DNA of 64,000 bases, from positions 679,010 to 743,009 of the forward strand of contig JBBDRP010000002.1 of the NCBI GenBank assembly GCA_040905385.1. The letters run 5' to 3'. Positions 8,309-17,388 of the stretch are shown piece after piece (the first letter of the stretch is position 1; every line of letters begins with the position of its first letter). Made by a program: the position numbers and the translations under genes. The notes under the pieces are model-generated. The model did not search any database, was not told the DNA's origin, and was given only the letters and a program-made list of their open reading frames with translations. The DNA is from Minisyncoccota bacterium. Lineage in GTDB: Bacteria > Patescibacteriota > Minisyncoccia > Phycocordibacterales > SW-6-46-9.

Positions 8309-9848
8309 AAACAACATTCAAATCGATAAAAAGATCATTGAAGAACTAATCAACGACCGTGATTCCCGTATTGAAGCAACTAAGCAGTCACATCTCTTAT
8401 TCTTTCACACCTATTTTGCTCATTACGTTGAATACGAAACGGCAAGATTCCAAAAGGAGATGTTTGCAATGACGGAGAAAGAGCAAGGTCTTGATGTGAT
8501 CATTGCCTTTCGAGACTCAGGAAAGTCCTCAATTGTCACTACATCTTATCCACTATGGGCAATTCTTGGCAAACAAGAAAAGAAGTTTGTTTTGATTTTG
8601 AGCCAGACTCAAAACAAGGCTCGTCAGCACTTAAAGAACATGAAACGTGAATTAGAAAATAATCAGCTACTACGCGATGATCTTGGTCCGTTTCAAGAGG
8701 AATCAGACGAGTGGGGTGTTCACGCTCTAACCATACCTAGGTTTAATGCCAAAATAATGATCGGATCTGTAGATCAAAGTATTCGTGGTATTCGACACCT
8801 TCAATATCGCCCTGACTGCATCATTCTTGACGATATTGAGGATACTCAATCCGTAAAAACTAAGGATGGCCGAGACAAAACTTGGAATTGGTTTACTGGT
8901 GAAATCATTCCAGCAACAGATCGTGGAGCGCATCTAATAGCTGTTGGAAACCTATTACACCGTGATTCACTTCTTAAGCGTATAGAAGCCTCGATTACCT
9001 CAGGAGACACGAAAGGTACATATAAAGAATTTCCGATTATAGACGGCAAAAAGAAGCCTTTGTGGCCAGATAAGTATCCAAACGAAGCAGCAATTACAGC
9101 TGAGCGAGAACGGGTAATGGATAGGGTTTCCTGGCATCGTGAGTATCTTCTGGAGATCCTTCCAGATGAAGATCAGGTCATCTTACCTGAATGGATTCAC
9201 TATTATGATGAACTTCCAGACACACGCCAAAAATTCATTGCCATTGGCATTGATCCAGCTATCAGCCAAAAGGACACGGCTGATTACACAGCTATGATTA
9301 CAGTCAAAGTATACGGACGGAGTGATAATATGCGCATTTATGTTCTGCCCAACATAATCAACAAACGACTTACGCATCTAGAAACAATTGATACGGCTGT
9401 GAGTATATATGAGTCAGTCAGGGGTCAATCAAGGCCAACAATTTACATCGAAGATGTAGCCTACCAAAAATCCTTGGTTGAACAAATTGACCAAAAACGT
9501 TATATCACTGTAAAGGGAGTAAAGGTTGGAGGCCAGGATAAATGGGCTCGACTTACGAGTGTCAGTCATATCTTCCAGAATGGACAGATACTATTTCCTA
9601 AAACAGAAATATCTGACCGCTTGGTGAATCAACTCTTAGGATTTGGGGTGGAAAAACATGATGATCTTGTCGATGCCTTAACTTTAGTGGTTCATCAAAT
9701 AATGGAAAAAGATCGGGGTGGATATGGTCGCGCATACAAGCGAGTGCGCCGTAACAGTCCGGAAGTCGGTCATCTTAATAGCAGAGAGCGTCATATGCTA
9801 TTTGGTGGCAATGATTGGGCTTCAGTAGACATTCAAAAATTACAGTAG
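8301..9848 (+). CDS. phage terminase large subunit
   Basis: 515 aa. Walker A-like AFRDSGKSS, Walker B-like CIILDDIED, and a C-terminal nuclease-like region with conserved acidic residues. Confidence 0.7.
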   Translation: MTKNNIQIDKKIIEELINDRDSRIEATKQSHLLFFHTYFAHYVEYETARFQKEMFAMTEKEQGLDVIIAFRDSGKSSIVTTSYPLWAILGKQEKKFVLILSQTQNKARQHLKNMKRELENNQLLRDDLGPFQEESDEWGVHALTIPRFNAKIMIGSVDQSIRGIRHLQYRPDCIILDDIEDTQSVKTKDGRDKTWNWFTGEIIPATDRGAHLIAVGNLLHRDSLLKRIEASITSGDTKGTYKEFPIIDGKKKPLWPDKYPNEAAITAERERVMDRVSWHREYLLEILPDEDQVILPEWIHYYDELPDTRQKFIAIGIDPAISQKDTADYTAMITVKVYGRSDNMRIYVLPNIINKRLTHLETIDTAVSIYESVRGQSRPTIYIEDVAYQKSLVEQIDQKRYITVKGVKVGGQDKWARLTSVSHIFQNGQILFPKTEISDRLVNQLLGFGVEKHDDLVDALTLVVHQIMEKDRGGYGRAYKRVRRNSPEVGHLNSRERHMLFGGNDWASVDIQKLQ

Positions 9849-9900
9849 CCTACTCTCTTTAGGTCTGGATAACCTCAACCAGTCCGGCACTGTGTAGGTA

Positions 9901-11196
9901 ATGACCGACAACCATCCAAGTAGTGCTTCTGACGAGGTTAAATACGTCCTCTATGCCCGTAAATCAACCGAAAGTGATGAACAACAGGCACTTTCAATAG
10001 ATGCACAGGTCAAGGAAATGAAGCGGCTAGCAGAGAAAAAAGACCTCAATATAACAGAAGTGATGACAGAAGCACACTCTGCTAAAGCAGTCGGGCAACG
10101 ACCGGTCTTCAACAAGATGATTGAAAAAATTAAAACCAGTGAATTCACTGGGGTACTCACCTGGGCACCAGATAGACTCTCTAGAAATGCTGGAGATCTT
10201 GGTGCCCTTGTTGATCTTATGGATCAAGATGTACTCAAGGTTGTCCAAACACACGGACAACGCTTTAGTGATGCTCCATCGGAGAAGTTCTTACTAATGA
10301 TAATGGGATCACAGGCCAAACTTGAAAATGATCAGAAAAGTAAAAATGTGAAGCGTGGACTACGGGCCAGATGTGAGCAAGGGCTGTGGCCTGCACCCGC
10401 ACCGACTGGGTACTTAAAACACAGAGACAGGAAAAAGAAATGCCATGTAGTGGTTGATCCTAAGCGAGCACCAACCATAAGAGATATCTTTCGAAAAGTT
10501 GCGTACGAAAATATGTCCGGAAGAGATGTGTATAGATGGCTGAAAAAGGATGCTGACTTTAAAACTAAAAATGGAAAGCATCTTACACAATCTAATATCT
10601 ATCTTATCCTTAAAAATACCTTCTACTATGGAAAATTTGAGTATCCGACCGGTAGCGATAATTGGTATGACGGAGTACATGAACCTATCATATCTAAAGA
10701 ACTGTACGAAAAAGTACAGTTATCTATACGAGCAAATACTCAGTACAAACCGAGCTCAAAAGAATTCGCCTTCACAAAGCTCATGAAGTGCGGAGAGTGT
10801 GGATCTGGAATTACCGTTCAAGAGAAAATAAAGAAATTGAAAGATGGTAGTGAAAGAAATTATGTCTACTACAACTGCACAAGAAGTAGAAATACCTACT
10901 GTGATGCCGAGTACATACGTGAGGTTGATCTGATTGAGCAACTTAAGGATCTAATAGATGAAATTAATATTAACGAACTAGGAGTACAAGAAAGTCTTCG
11001 GAATGAATTAGAGAGATTTAATTCATTCCGTGGATTAATTGGCGAAGATAAAAAAGATACAAAGATAGAGAACGTTGGAATTAAAGAGTATGCAAAATAT
11101 ATATTAAACAATGGAAGTTTAGTAGAAAAAAGACAGGTGTTATCTAATCTTAAAGGTAATATTATCTTAAAAAATGGAAAATTATTATATGAATAG
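9901..11196 (+). CDS. large serine recombinase / integrase
   Basis: 431 aa. Resolvase-type N-terminus (YARKSTESDEQQALSIDAQ ... LTWAPDRLSRN), a recombinase domain, and a Cys cluster (CGECGSG...YYNCTRSR...C) forming a zinc ribbon. Confidence 0.85.
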   Translation: MTDNHPSSASDEVKYVLYARKSTESDEQQALSIDAQVKEMKRLAEKKDLNITEVMTEAHSAKAVGQRPVFNKMIEKIKTSEFTGVLTWAPDRLSRNAGDLGALVDLMDQDVLKVVQTHGQRFSDAPSEKFLLMIMGSQAKLENDQKSKNVKRGLRARCEQGLWPAPAPTGYLKHRDRKKKCHVVVDPKRAPTIRDIFRKVAYENMSGRDVYRWLKKDADFKTKNGKHLTQSNIYLILKNTFYYGKFEYPTGSDNWYDGVHEPIISKELYEKVQLSIRANTQYKPSSKEFAFTKLMKCGECGSGITVQEKIKKLKDGSERNYVYYNCTRSRNTYCDAEYIREVDLIEQLKDLIDEININELGVQESLRNELERFNSFRGLIGEDKKDTKIENVGIKEYAKYILNNGSLVEKRQVLSNLKGNIILKNGKLLYE

Positions 11197-11263
11197 AAGA
11201 TTACTTCATTACAGAAATAGCTATGATAACATTGAGCTATTATAAATAGTATGGAAATTATCT

Positions 11264-11452
11264 ATGGAGGGATTTCTTAATGTTGTAAGAGCTGTTATTT
11301 TAACCTTTACATCTGCTGGAGGTCTTTATTTATTGTTATACATTACCATTCAGCTAGCCGGTAGAGACGATGGTGAGTTTGGCTTAGCTGTTACTGTTCC
11401 AACATCTTTAGTATTACTATTGATTTCTTATTTACTACTTCAGACTTTTTAG
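11264..11452 (+). CDS. small hydrophobic (2-TM) protein, hypothetical
   Basis: 62 aa, almost entirely hydrophobic. Could be spurious. Confidence 0.3.
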   Translation: MEGFLNVVRAVILTFTSAGGLYLLLYITIQLAGRDDGEFGLAVTVPTSLVLLLISYLLLQTF

Positions 11453-11670
11453 CTGCTAATTTCCATATTTTACTTTTGTTTTCTTAAATAAAATGATTTA
11501 TTTAAGAAAAATTATTATAAATTTTCATGATCATTTCTTACATCAGCCCATTTATCCTCAAACTGCTCGTTCACATCTACAGTATAAAATGGCATTCCGA
11601 CTAGATGGTAATCTTTGTTTTCGTAAAATGTCTTTAAATCATGCTCTTGCTAAAATTATTGACTTCATAT

Positions 11671-12126
11671 TTATTTTATTAGTATAGTTACTAATAAAGA
11701 GGCTAATGAAATTAGAAAAGCCAATGCCGATAAAAATAGACTAATTGGATTTTCCCAAGCTTTATGTAATAAGTATTGCAGTTTTTTTCCGCCCTTAGTA
11801 GTTAAAATAATTCTCTCTGAATCATTATTGAAATGACCCGCAAGAGATGAATATCCATGCACTTTTTGGGTATCTATTATTACTAATCCGTCATTTTGCA
11901 TTTTTTGCAACTCTCTACGAATGTGAGATTCTGAAATTTCTTCTTTATCATTTTTAATATTTTTATTTATTTCATCATAAATGACTCGAAAATTAGGATG
12001 CTCAGGGTAAAACTCAACCTCATTTGAAACATCATATCCTCCCAGTTCTTGTATATCCATATATTTAAAATTAGATTCTTGTTCAAATTGCTCCAGTATT
12101 TTTTTCAATCTATTGCGTAAATTCAT
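11671..12126 (-). CDS. hypothetical protein with C-terminal TM anchor
   Basis: 151-aa ORF in the AT-rich part of the island. Confidence 0.4.
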   Translation of the reverse strand: MNLRNRLKKILEQFEQESNFKYMDIQELGGYDVSNEVEFYPEHPNFRVIYDEINKNIKNDKEEISESHIRRELQKMQNDGLVIIDTQKVHGYSSLAGHFNNDSERIILTTKGGKKLQYLLHKAWENPISLFLSALAFLISLASLLVTILIK

Positions 12127-12195
12127 GTTTACCTATTCATAAAATTATTCACTTCTTTATTCTTCTTCGATAATCATTAATATTCACACTCTCAG

Positions 12196-13227
12196 CTAAT
12201 CGGCTTTTAATGACTTAATCAAATCAAGGGATAGTGAACTAGCTGCATATACGCCATCTATCTTCTGAAGATAGTCACGAGATTTATAAATCTCGTCAGC
12301 TACAAATAAATATACTCCATGATTCCTGATAGCTTCTGCGATATTTTGGCGTAGATCCAGTCCTAAAGTTATTTCAATCATCACATCCAAATCAGTCATT
12401 TGTGCTGTCTTAATAAACTGTTTATATCTTTCACGTAAAGTTCTTTTTGCGCCTATTCCTACAGTGACACCATCTGCATTAAAGAAGAAATCAAATTCTG
12501 TTGAACTATCATCTTCATCATGTTTCTTTTCAATGCTGTCAGCATCAATACCCATTTCAACAAGTATTTGAAAAATACGCTCTTCGTAACTTGAACCCGC
12601 TGTAGAAATAATTGATTGATTTACGCTCTCTGAAAACATCAGCATAAACATTTGATTAGGTTCAACTCCAGATTGCTTTAGTTCTTCAAAATCCTCCTTT
12701 AGATTATTCACATAATCCTCAGCACCTTGACTCAAGAAATTACTGTTACTTTCTTCAAGTTTCCTGAAAAATAATAGAGAAAGAAGGGCTCCATTCACTC
12801 GCATATAATATGGTTCATTCTTACTTTTTTTATCGTACTCTAATGAGAGTAAATGATGTTCAGATCTTTCCTCTTTAACTTCCTCTATCGATATTTTTGC
12901 CTCTTCTAGTAATAATGGTTTTACTTTTAATAACTTTAGCGCAAAGGAGAATATCTTGTAATCTTCAGAAGATTCAATCAAATATAAAGTACTCATCATA
13001 TTATCCATTTTTTCAGGACTTTTGATCTTTTCTTCAAAAATATTTTTTATTAAATCGTGACCTTTTTCGTATTCAGTAGCAGGATGACGGTTTGTAATTT
13101 CTAATACCTTGTTTAACTGATTCTCAGTTAAACCCAATCCTCCATTTATTTCCTTAAGAAAAACATAAAGCTTCAGGTTAGAGTCCAGTTTCTGTTTTTC
13201 TATTTCGATTTTATTATCTATGTTCAT
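12196..13227 (-). CDS. putative type II restriction endonuclease (partner of the m5C methyltransferase)
   Basis: 343-aa ORF 4 nt downstream of the C5-methyltransferase on the same strand. No clear motif was recognised, so the assignment rests on position only. Confidence 0.4.
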   Translation of the reverse strand: MNIDNKIEIEKQKLDSNLKLYVFLKEINGGLGLTENQLNKVLEITNRHPATEYEKGHDLIKNIFEEKIKSPEKMDNMMSTLYLIESSEDYKIFSFALKLLKVKPLLLEEAKISIEEVKEERSEHHLLSLEYDKKSKNEPYYMRVNGALLSLLFFRKLEESNSNFLSQGAEDYVNNLKEDFEELKQSGVEPNQMFMLMFSESVNQSIISTAGSSYEERIFQILVEMGIDADSIEKKHDEDDSSTEFDFFFNADGVTVGIGAKRTLRERYKQFIKTAQMTDLDVMIEITLGLDLRQNIAEAIRNHGVYLFVADEIYKSRDYLQKIDGVYAASSLSLDLIKSLKAD

Positions 13228-13230
13228 AAT

Positions 13231-14280
13231 TTATTCTTTTAGAGCCTCTTCTAATTCTATCTCTTCAATATTAATCTTGTTACCTTTACGAGGATTCATT
13301 TTTTTATGAGCTTTTACAACCTCTGCAGCTATAGCCTCAATAACAGGAATTGCAACACTGTTTCCAAACTGCTTATAAGCCTGTGTATCACTAACTGGTA
13401 TTTGAAAATTTTCTGGATAACCCTGCAGTCGAGCAGCTTCTCTTGGTGTTATCTTCCTAGGGTTCTTATCCTCCTGCTTAATCAGAATCTCAGAACCATC
13501 TTTGTAATACCGAGCAGACATTGTGCTTGTGTACTCGGAATCTTCATCAAACATAGAATAACCAAACCCCCAACCCTTTGCTTCATTCTCTTTTTTTCTA
13601 CGCTTATGACCAGACCAGAGCTTTTCAGATATTGTATATTTTTCTGGAACCTTATTTTCAAGAATTTGTCCGACTCTAGTTTCGTGCTTTGGTGGCTCAG
13701 GAAATGAAAAATCTGTCTCTCCAAGAAAAGCAATAATGTATATTCTTTCACGATTTTGAGGTACTCCAAAATGTTTAGCATTTAATACTCTAGCATGTAC
13801 TTCATATCCTAATTTTTCAAGAATAAATTTAACAATTTTAAATGTTCTTCCTTTATCGTGATTTTTAAATCCTTTAACATTTTCCAAGAAAAGAACTGAA
13901 GGATGATGATGATTTACAATTCTTGCAATATCAAAAAACAATGTACCTCTATCATCTTCAAATCCCTTCTTAAGACCAGCATGAGAAAACGGCTGACAGG
14001 GAAATCCAGCAAGCAGATAATCAAATTCTGGAATTTCCTCTTCATGGATTTCAGTGATATCACCATGCGGTATTTCATCAAAATTTTCCTTGTAAGTTTC
14101 TTGCGCAAACTTATCAAATTCAGATGAAAAAACACATTTACCATTATGTACCTCAAATCCTAGCCTGATACCGCCTATACCCGCAAATAAGTCGATGAAA
14201 GTAAAATCTGCATCTCTATTTTTAGTCCTATTATCAAAAAGTCGATTTAATTTAATTTTTTCTTTTACGTCATTACTCAT
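13231..14280 (-). CDS. dcm: DNA (cytosine-5)-methyltransferase
   Basis: 349 aa. Motif I FAGIGG, motif IV PCQPFS, ENV, QNRERIYIIAF, and a C-terminal FGNSVAIPV. Confidence 0.9.
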   Translation of the reverse strand: MSNDVKEKIKLNRLFDNRTKNRDADFTFIDLFAGIGGIRLGFEVHNGKCVFSSEFDKFAQETYKENFDEIPHGDITEIHEEEIPEFDYLLAGFPCQPFSHAGLKKGFEDDRGTLFFDIARIVNHHHPSVLFLENVKGFKNHDKGRTFKIVKFILEKLGYEVHARVLNAKHFGVPQNRERIYIIAFLGETDFSFPEPPKHETRVGQILENKVPEKYTISEKLWSGHKRRKKENEAKGWGFGYSMFDEDSEYTSTMSARYYKDGSEILIKQEDKNPRKITPREAARLQGYPENFQIPVSDTQAYKQFGNSVAIPVIEAIAAEVVKAHKKMNPRKGNKINIEEIELEEALKE

Positions 14281-14342
14281 TTTTTTGATTAATTTAAATT
14301 ATAAGAATACATACAATATTTATTTCTTACTTTATTTTACCA

Positions 14343-14780
14343 TCAGTTCTCACAAACATTACCTTGATTTAACTCACGGATATTGTGCATACATGGCTCC
14401 CCATCAGCCAATCCAAGAGCTGTGAGATGAACAAAGAATGATTTCCAGCCATTACCGCTGCTGCTACCGGCGAATTCGCCGGCGATGAACTTCTCTCCTT
14501 TCCATGTGTTACCGCTACTATCATAGTAAATGATAAGCTCGCCTTTATCGCCAAATTTGTTCTCGTACTGCATAAAGTACTCTGTATCGCCCTTTTTGGT
14601 TGGGCGACTACTCTTTGGCCGATACGGGGCATACCCCATAACTTTTTTACCAGCTTTAATCTTCCATTTGGCGAATAAAACCGTGTGCGGAAAGTTGTAA
14701 AGCACGGAATCTTCGTCATCAGAAAGGTGCTTAGGAATAAACGCGAACAAAGTACCATCAGCTTGATTGTTTCTTTTCAT
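14343..14780 (-). CDS. hypothetical protein
   Basis: 146 aa when started at MKRNNQ. The longer ORF in the track would read through an upstream GC-rich hairpin. Confidence 0.4.
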   Translation of the reverse strand: MKRNNQADGTLFAFIPKHLSDDEDSVLYNFPHTVLFAKWKIKAGKKVMGYAPYRPKSSRPTKKGDTEYFMQYENKFGDKGELIIYYDSSGNTWKGEKFIAGEFAGSSSGNGWKSFFVHLTALGLADGEPCMHNIRELNQGNVCEN

Positions 14781-15008
14781 AGGTTGTAAAGATAAAGGCG
14801 TCTCCCGCCGGAGACGCCTGAGTTTATAATCATCTCTCCTTGCGGATGGAATTAGCACCTTACTTTCGCAGGTTGCCGGTGGGTCACAGGGCCAGATCCC
14901 TCACCACACTCACGATAATTATTCAGTTGTGTTTACATAGTAACATCAACTCACGCCAGAAAGAAAGATTGGGATTAGCTTCGTTTATTACAATTTTTGT
15001 CCTCTTGA

Positions 15009-15575
15009 TTAATTATGTACATTCAAATCATTATTTAAATATTTATTCATCACCTTGTAACCACTATCTTTATCACTAACATGTGCCTTTATAACAAAAT
15101 TAAGTTTTTCTAGATTATCGGAATGGCTATTTATTTCTTCCGTTGATATTCCAATAAATCCTTTATCCCAGTCTAAGGCATTTCTTTTATTTTTTCGACT
15201 TGCTTTTACCAAGTTTAAAATTTTTGTTTCTCCAACTTCAGTCTTTTCTGATTTCATATTTATCCACCATTCAGAATGAATAATCTCGTTACGATATTCC
15301 ATTTCATCATAAATTAATGAATATATTTCTTTAAATTTATTAGCGTGTTTTTTCCCCAACCTTTCAGTAATAAGCTCTTGTAACAAATCAAGCTTATCTT
15401 TAAATGTAAGTTTTGTAGTTATGCGATGACATACTGACTGATGATCTGGTGTGTTACCAAATAAATAGAGGCAAATTAGATCTCCGATAGCATACTCAAC
15501 CTTATTGAAGAAAACTACAAATCTTCCAATAGATTCATATATTTGTTCTTGCTCTGTTTTCTCGTCATCACTCAT
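15009..15575 (-). CDS. hypothetical protein
   Basis: 188-aa ORF in an AT-rich segment. Confidence 0.45.
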   Translation of the reverse strand: MSDDEKTEQEQIYESIGRFVVFFNKVEYAIGDLICLYLFGNTPDHQSVCHRITTKLTFKDKLDLLQELITERLGKKHANKFKEIYSLIYDEMEYRNEIIHSEWWINMKSEKTEVGETKILNLVKASRKNKRNALDWDKGFIGISTEEINSHSDNLEKLNFVIKAHVSDKDSGYKVMNKYLNNDLNVHN

Positions 15576-15668
15576 TACGTGGCTATTTTAGTATCTCTAT
15601 CTTACCATCCAGACTACCTGAAACGAAGAGAGGTGGTGTGTAAGTAACCCACTACTCTAACCACCCTG

Positions 15669-15744
15669 TCTTGCAAGACGTATGCTAACGCTGCAAAACT
15701 AGAAGTATTAAGTACTGCTTATTCAAATCTTGTTACAGACCGCT
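15669..15744. repeat. direct repeat copy 1 (~76-80 bp, core tcttgcaagacgtatgctaacgctgcaaaactagaagt)
   Basis: About 90% identical to the copy at 17070-17147, with a 38-nt exact core. Confidence 0.85.
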
Positions 15745-15990
15745 CTTCAAGATTCCTTCTGGCGATACAAGTCCTCTTTCCACGTCCTGTTGTATTTTCT
15801 CCAGATATTCTCCTAGCGTAGCTCGTGTTAGATCTATCTCCGCCCTCTTGTATATCTGATAAAACTTGTCTACTGCCATCGCCTCCTCTTCAGACACGTT
15901 CAACCGGTCCGCTATTGCTTTTTCTTCGGTAAGCCACGGTAGTTCCACCATCTTCTTGTTCAAATGTTGTTTGTAGTTTTCTTTACTCAT
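15733..15990 (-). CDS. hypothetical protein
   Basis: About 86 aa from MSKENYKQ. Its 3' end overlaps repeat copy 1. Confidence 0.4.
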   Translation of the reverse strand: MSKENYKQHLNKKMVELPWLTEEKAIADRLNVSEEEAMAVDKFYQIYKRAEIDLTRATLGEYLEKIQQDVERGLVSPEGILKSGL

Positions 15991-16051
15991 AACTATATTA
16001 TTACCTTTTAACTCTCTGAAACTTAGCAAGCAACCGTAAGCCCTCTCTATA

Positions 16052-16459
16052 CTATATTTTAATTACTTCATTGACAGCTTCCTTTAAAGTTATTTTGAAA
16101 GCATTCATGTTACGAAAATCTTTCTGGACAACATGTGCAACACCTTCCCGTAATGCGTTTTCATTCCATTCCGGATTAGAAGAAATTGAAATCATTTTAT
16201 CAACGCCAAACTTTTTAAAATCAATGATGTGAAATGACTTACCATCAATACAATCACGGTCTAGAAGAACGAGATCGAAAGTGTCTGATATTAACTTATT
16301 AACAACACCTTCTACATGCAAATAGCTAGAAAACTGCATTGTTTTAAATTCTATATCCCTCTCTTCTGCAAGCTCATCCAAAGCACTGTAAATGACTGAA
16401 AGCGTTAAAGTGTCATCTTCCAGAATGAGAATATTGAGTTTATTTAATTTATTCATCAA
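16052..16459 (-). CDS. stand-alone response-regulator receiver (CheY-like) domain protein
   Basis: 135 aa. ILILEDD (acidic pocket), LVLLDRD (phospho-acceptor Asp) and a conserved K near the C-terminus. No output domain. Confidence 0.7.
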   Translation of the reverse strand: MMNKLNKLNILILEDDTLTLSVIYSALDELAEERDIEFKTMQFSSYLHVEGVVNKLISDTFDLVLLDRDCIDGKSFHIIDFKKFGVDKMISISSNPEWNENALREGVAHVVQKDFRNMNAFKITLKEAVNEVIKI

Positions 16460-16950
16460 CTAAATATAATTATAATAATGATAATAATAAAAATCCAGAA
16501 AGCAGAAGTATAAATCAGTACCCAAAAACCTCTTTTTTTGGCGTATAGTTCTTGAGCCCAGTAACTATATATAAATTTCCTGAGACTATCTGCTCTAAAG
16601 AATCGCTCTACTTCTTCCTGATCTAATGGCTCAACAAAGTTAATTGGAATGGTTTTTAGCTCATCATCTGGTTCCTCTAAATATTTTGTATATCCACCTG
16701 TGTACAGTTCTCTAACTTTGTCTTCAATCTGCTTTTCCACCTCATCAATTCTTTCCTCAAAATGATCACCTTTATTAATCACAGTGAACAAAGTGAAATA
16801 CATAGAATTATTTTCATCAAAGATAAATGTAGACGCATTCTCAAAACTATCAGCGTTATTGAGTTTCCCAATAAGAGTGTACTTTGGGTTTTCGGTAAAG
16901 TCTCTTAGGTGATTACTAATGTAGTCCGGAAACTCTTTTTTGTTGATCAT
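16456..16950 (-). CDS. hypothetical protein with C-terminal poly-Ile TM segment
   Basis: 164 aa. The C-terminus FWIFIIIIIIIIFS is encoded by an (ATA/ATT)n tract. Confidence 0.45.
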   Translation of the reverse strand: MINKKEFPDYISNHLRDFTENPKYTLIGKLNNADSFENASTFIFDENNSMYFTLFTVINKGDHFEERIDEVEKQIEDKVRELYTGGYTKYLEEPDDELKTIPINFVEPLDQEEVERFFRADSLRKFIYSYWAQELYAKKRGFWVLIYTSAFWIFIIIIIIIIFS

Positions 16951-17069
16951 GATTCGTAAATCATTATTCTTATATTTACTTTACCATCCACACACACCAT
17001 AAAGAAGCGAGTCAGTGCAGTCAGATACGCCGCTAGCGATAATTGACCCAAAGAGCATCGCCACTCCCA

Positions 17070-17147
17070 TCTTGCAAGACGTATGCTAACGCTGCAAAAC
17101 TAGAAGTTAAGTGCTGCTTTTTTATTCAGATCTTGTTACAGACCGCT
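17070..17147. repeat. direct repeat copy 2
   Basis: Matches 15669-15744. It lies 44 nt from the 3' end of tRNA-Gln. Confidence 0.85.
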
Positions 17148-17190
17148 AAGACATGACGCTACACCCGTCTCGGTCGGTCTCACTAAGTTG

Positions 17191-17261
17191 TTGCCGGACT
17201 AGGAATCGAACCTAGATTACGTGGACCAAAACCACGCGTCCTACCGTTAGACGATCCGGCA
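17191..17261 (-). tRNA. tRNA-Gln (anticodon UUG)
   Basis: Cloverleaf read by eye: acceptor tgccgga/tccggca, D-arm gtct-aacggta-ggac, anticodon stem cgtgg/ccacg with loop ttttggt, T-arm ctagg-ttcgatt-cctag. Confidence 0.8.
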
Positions 17262-17388
17262 CTGACCTGCAGAAACTGCTTATAGATTACCATAAAATAC
17301 CAGGAAAATAAGCCTTTTACTACATATAAATGACTCAATAAGTTTAGAACTCAGTATTGTTTAAATGCACAGCTCTTATGTATAAAAA

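Noticed and set aside
9876-9895. att core for the serine integrase, on the basis of a tccggcactg 10-mer shared with tRNA-Gln (17250-17262)
   Set aside because: A 10-nt match in 64 kb can occur by chance, and there is no flanking dyad symmetry. It is mentioned only as a weak lead inside the integrase finding.
14840-15079. 79-aa plus-strand ORF
   Set aside because: It starts inside the GC-rich palindrome region and runs antisense to the 5' end of gene 15009-15575. It has no coding signal.
16466-16500. (ATA/ATT)n microsatellite as a phase-variation switch
   Set aside because: It is a trinucleotide repeat encoding a poly-Ile TM segment. Changes in repeat length would keep the reading frame, so a contingency-locus role is unlikely.
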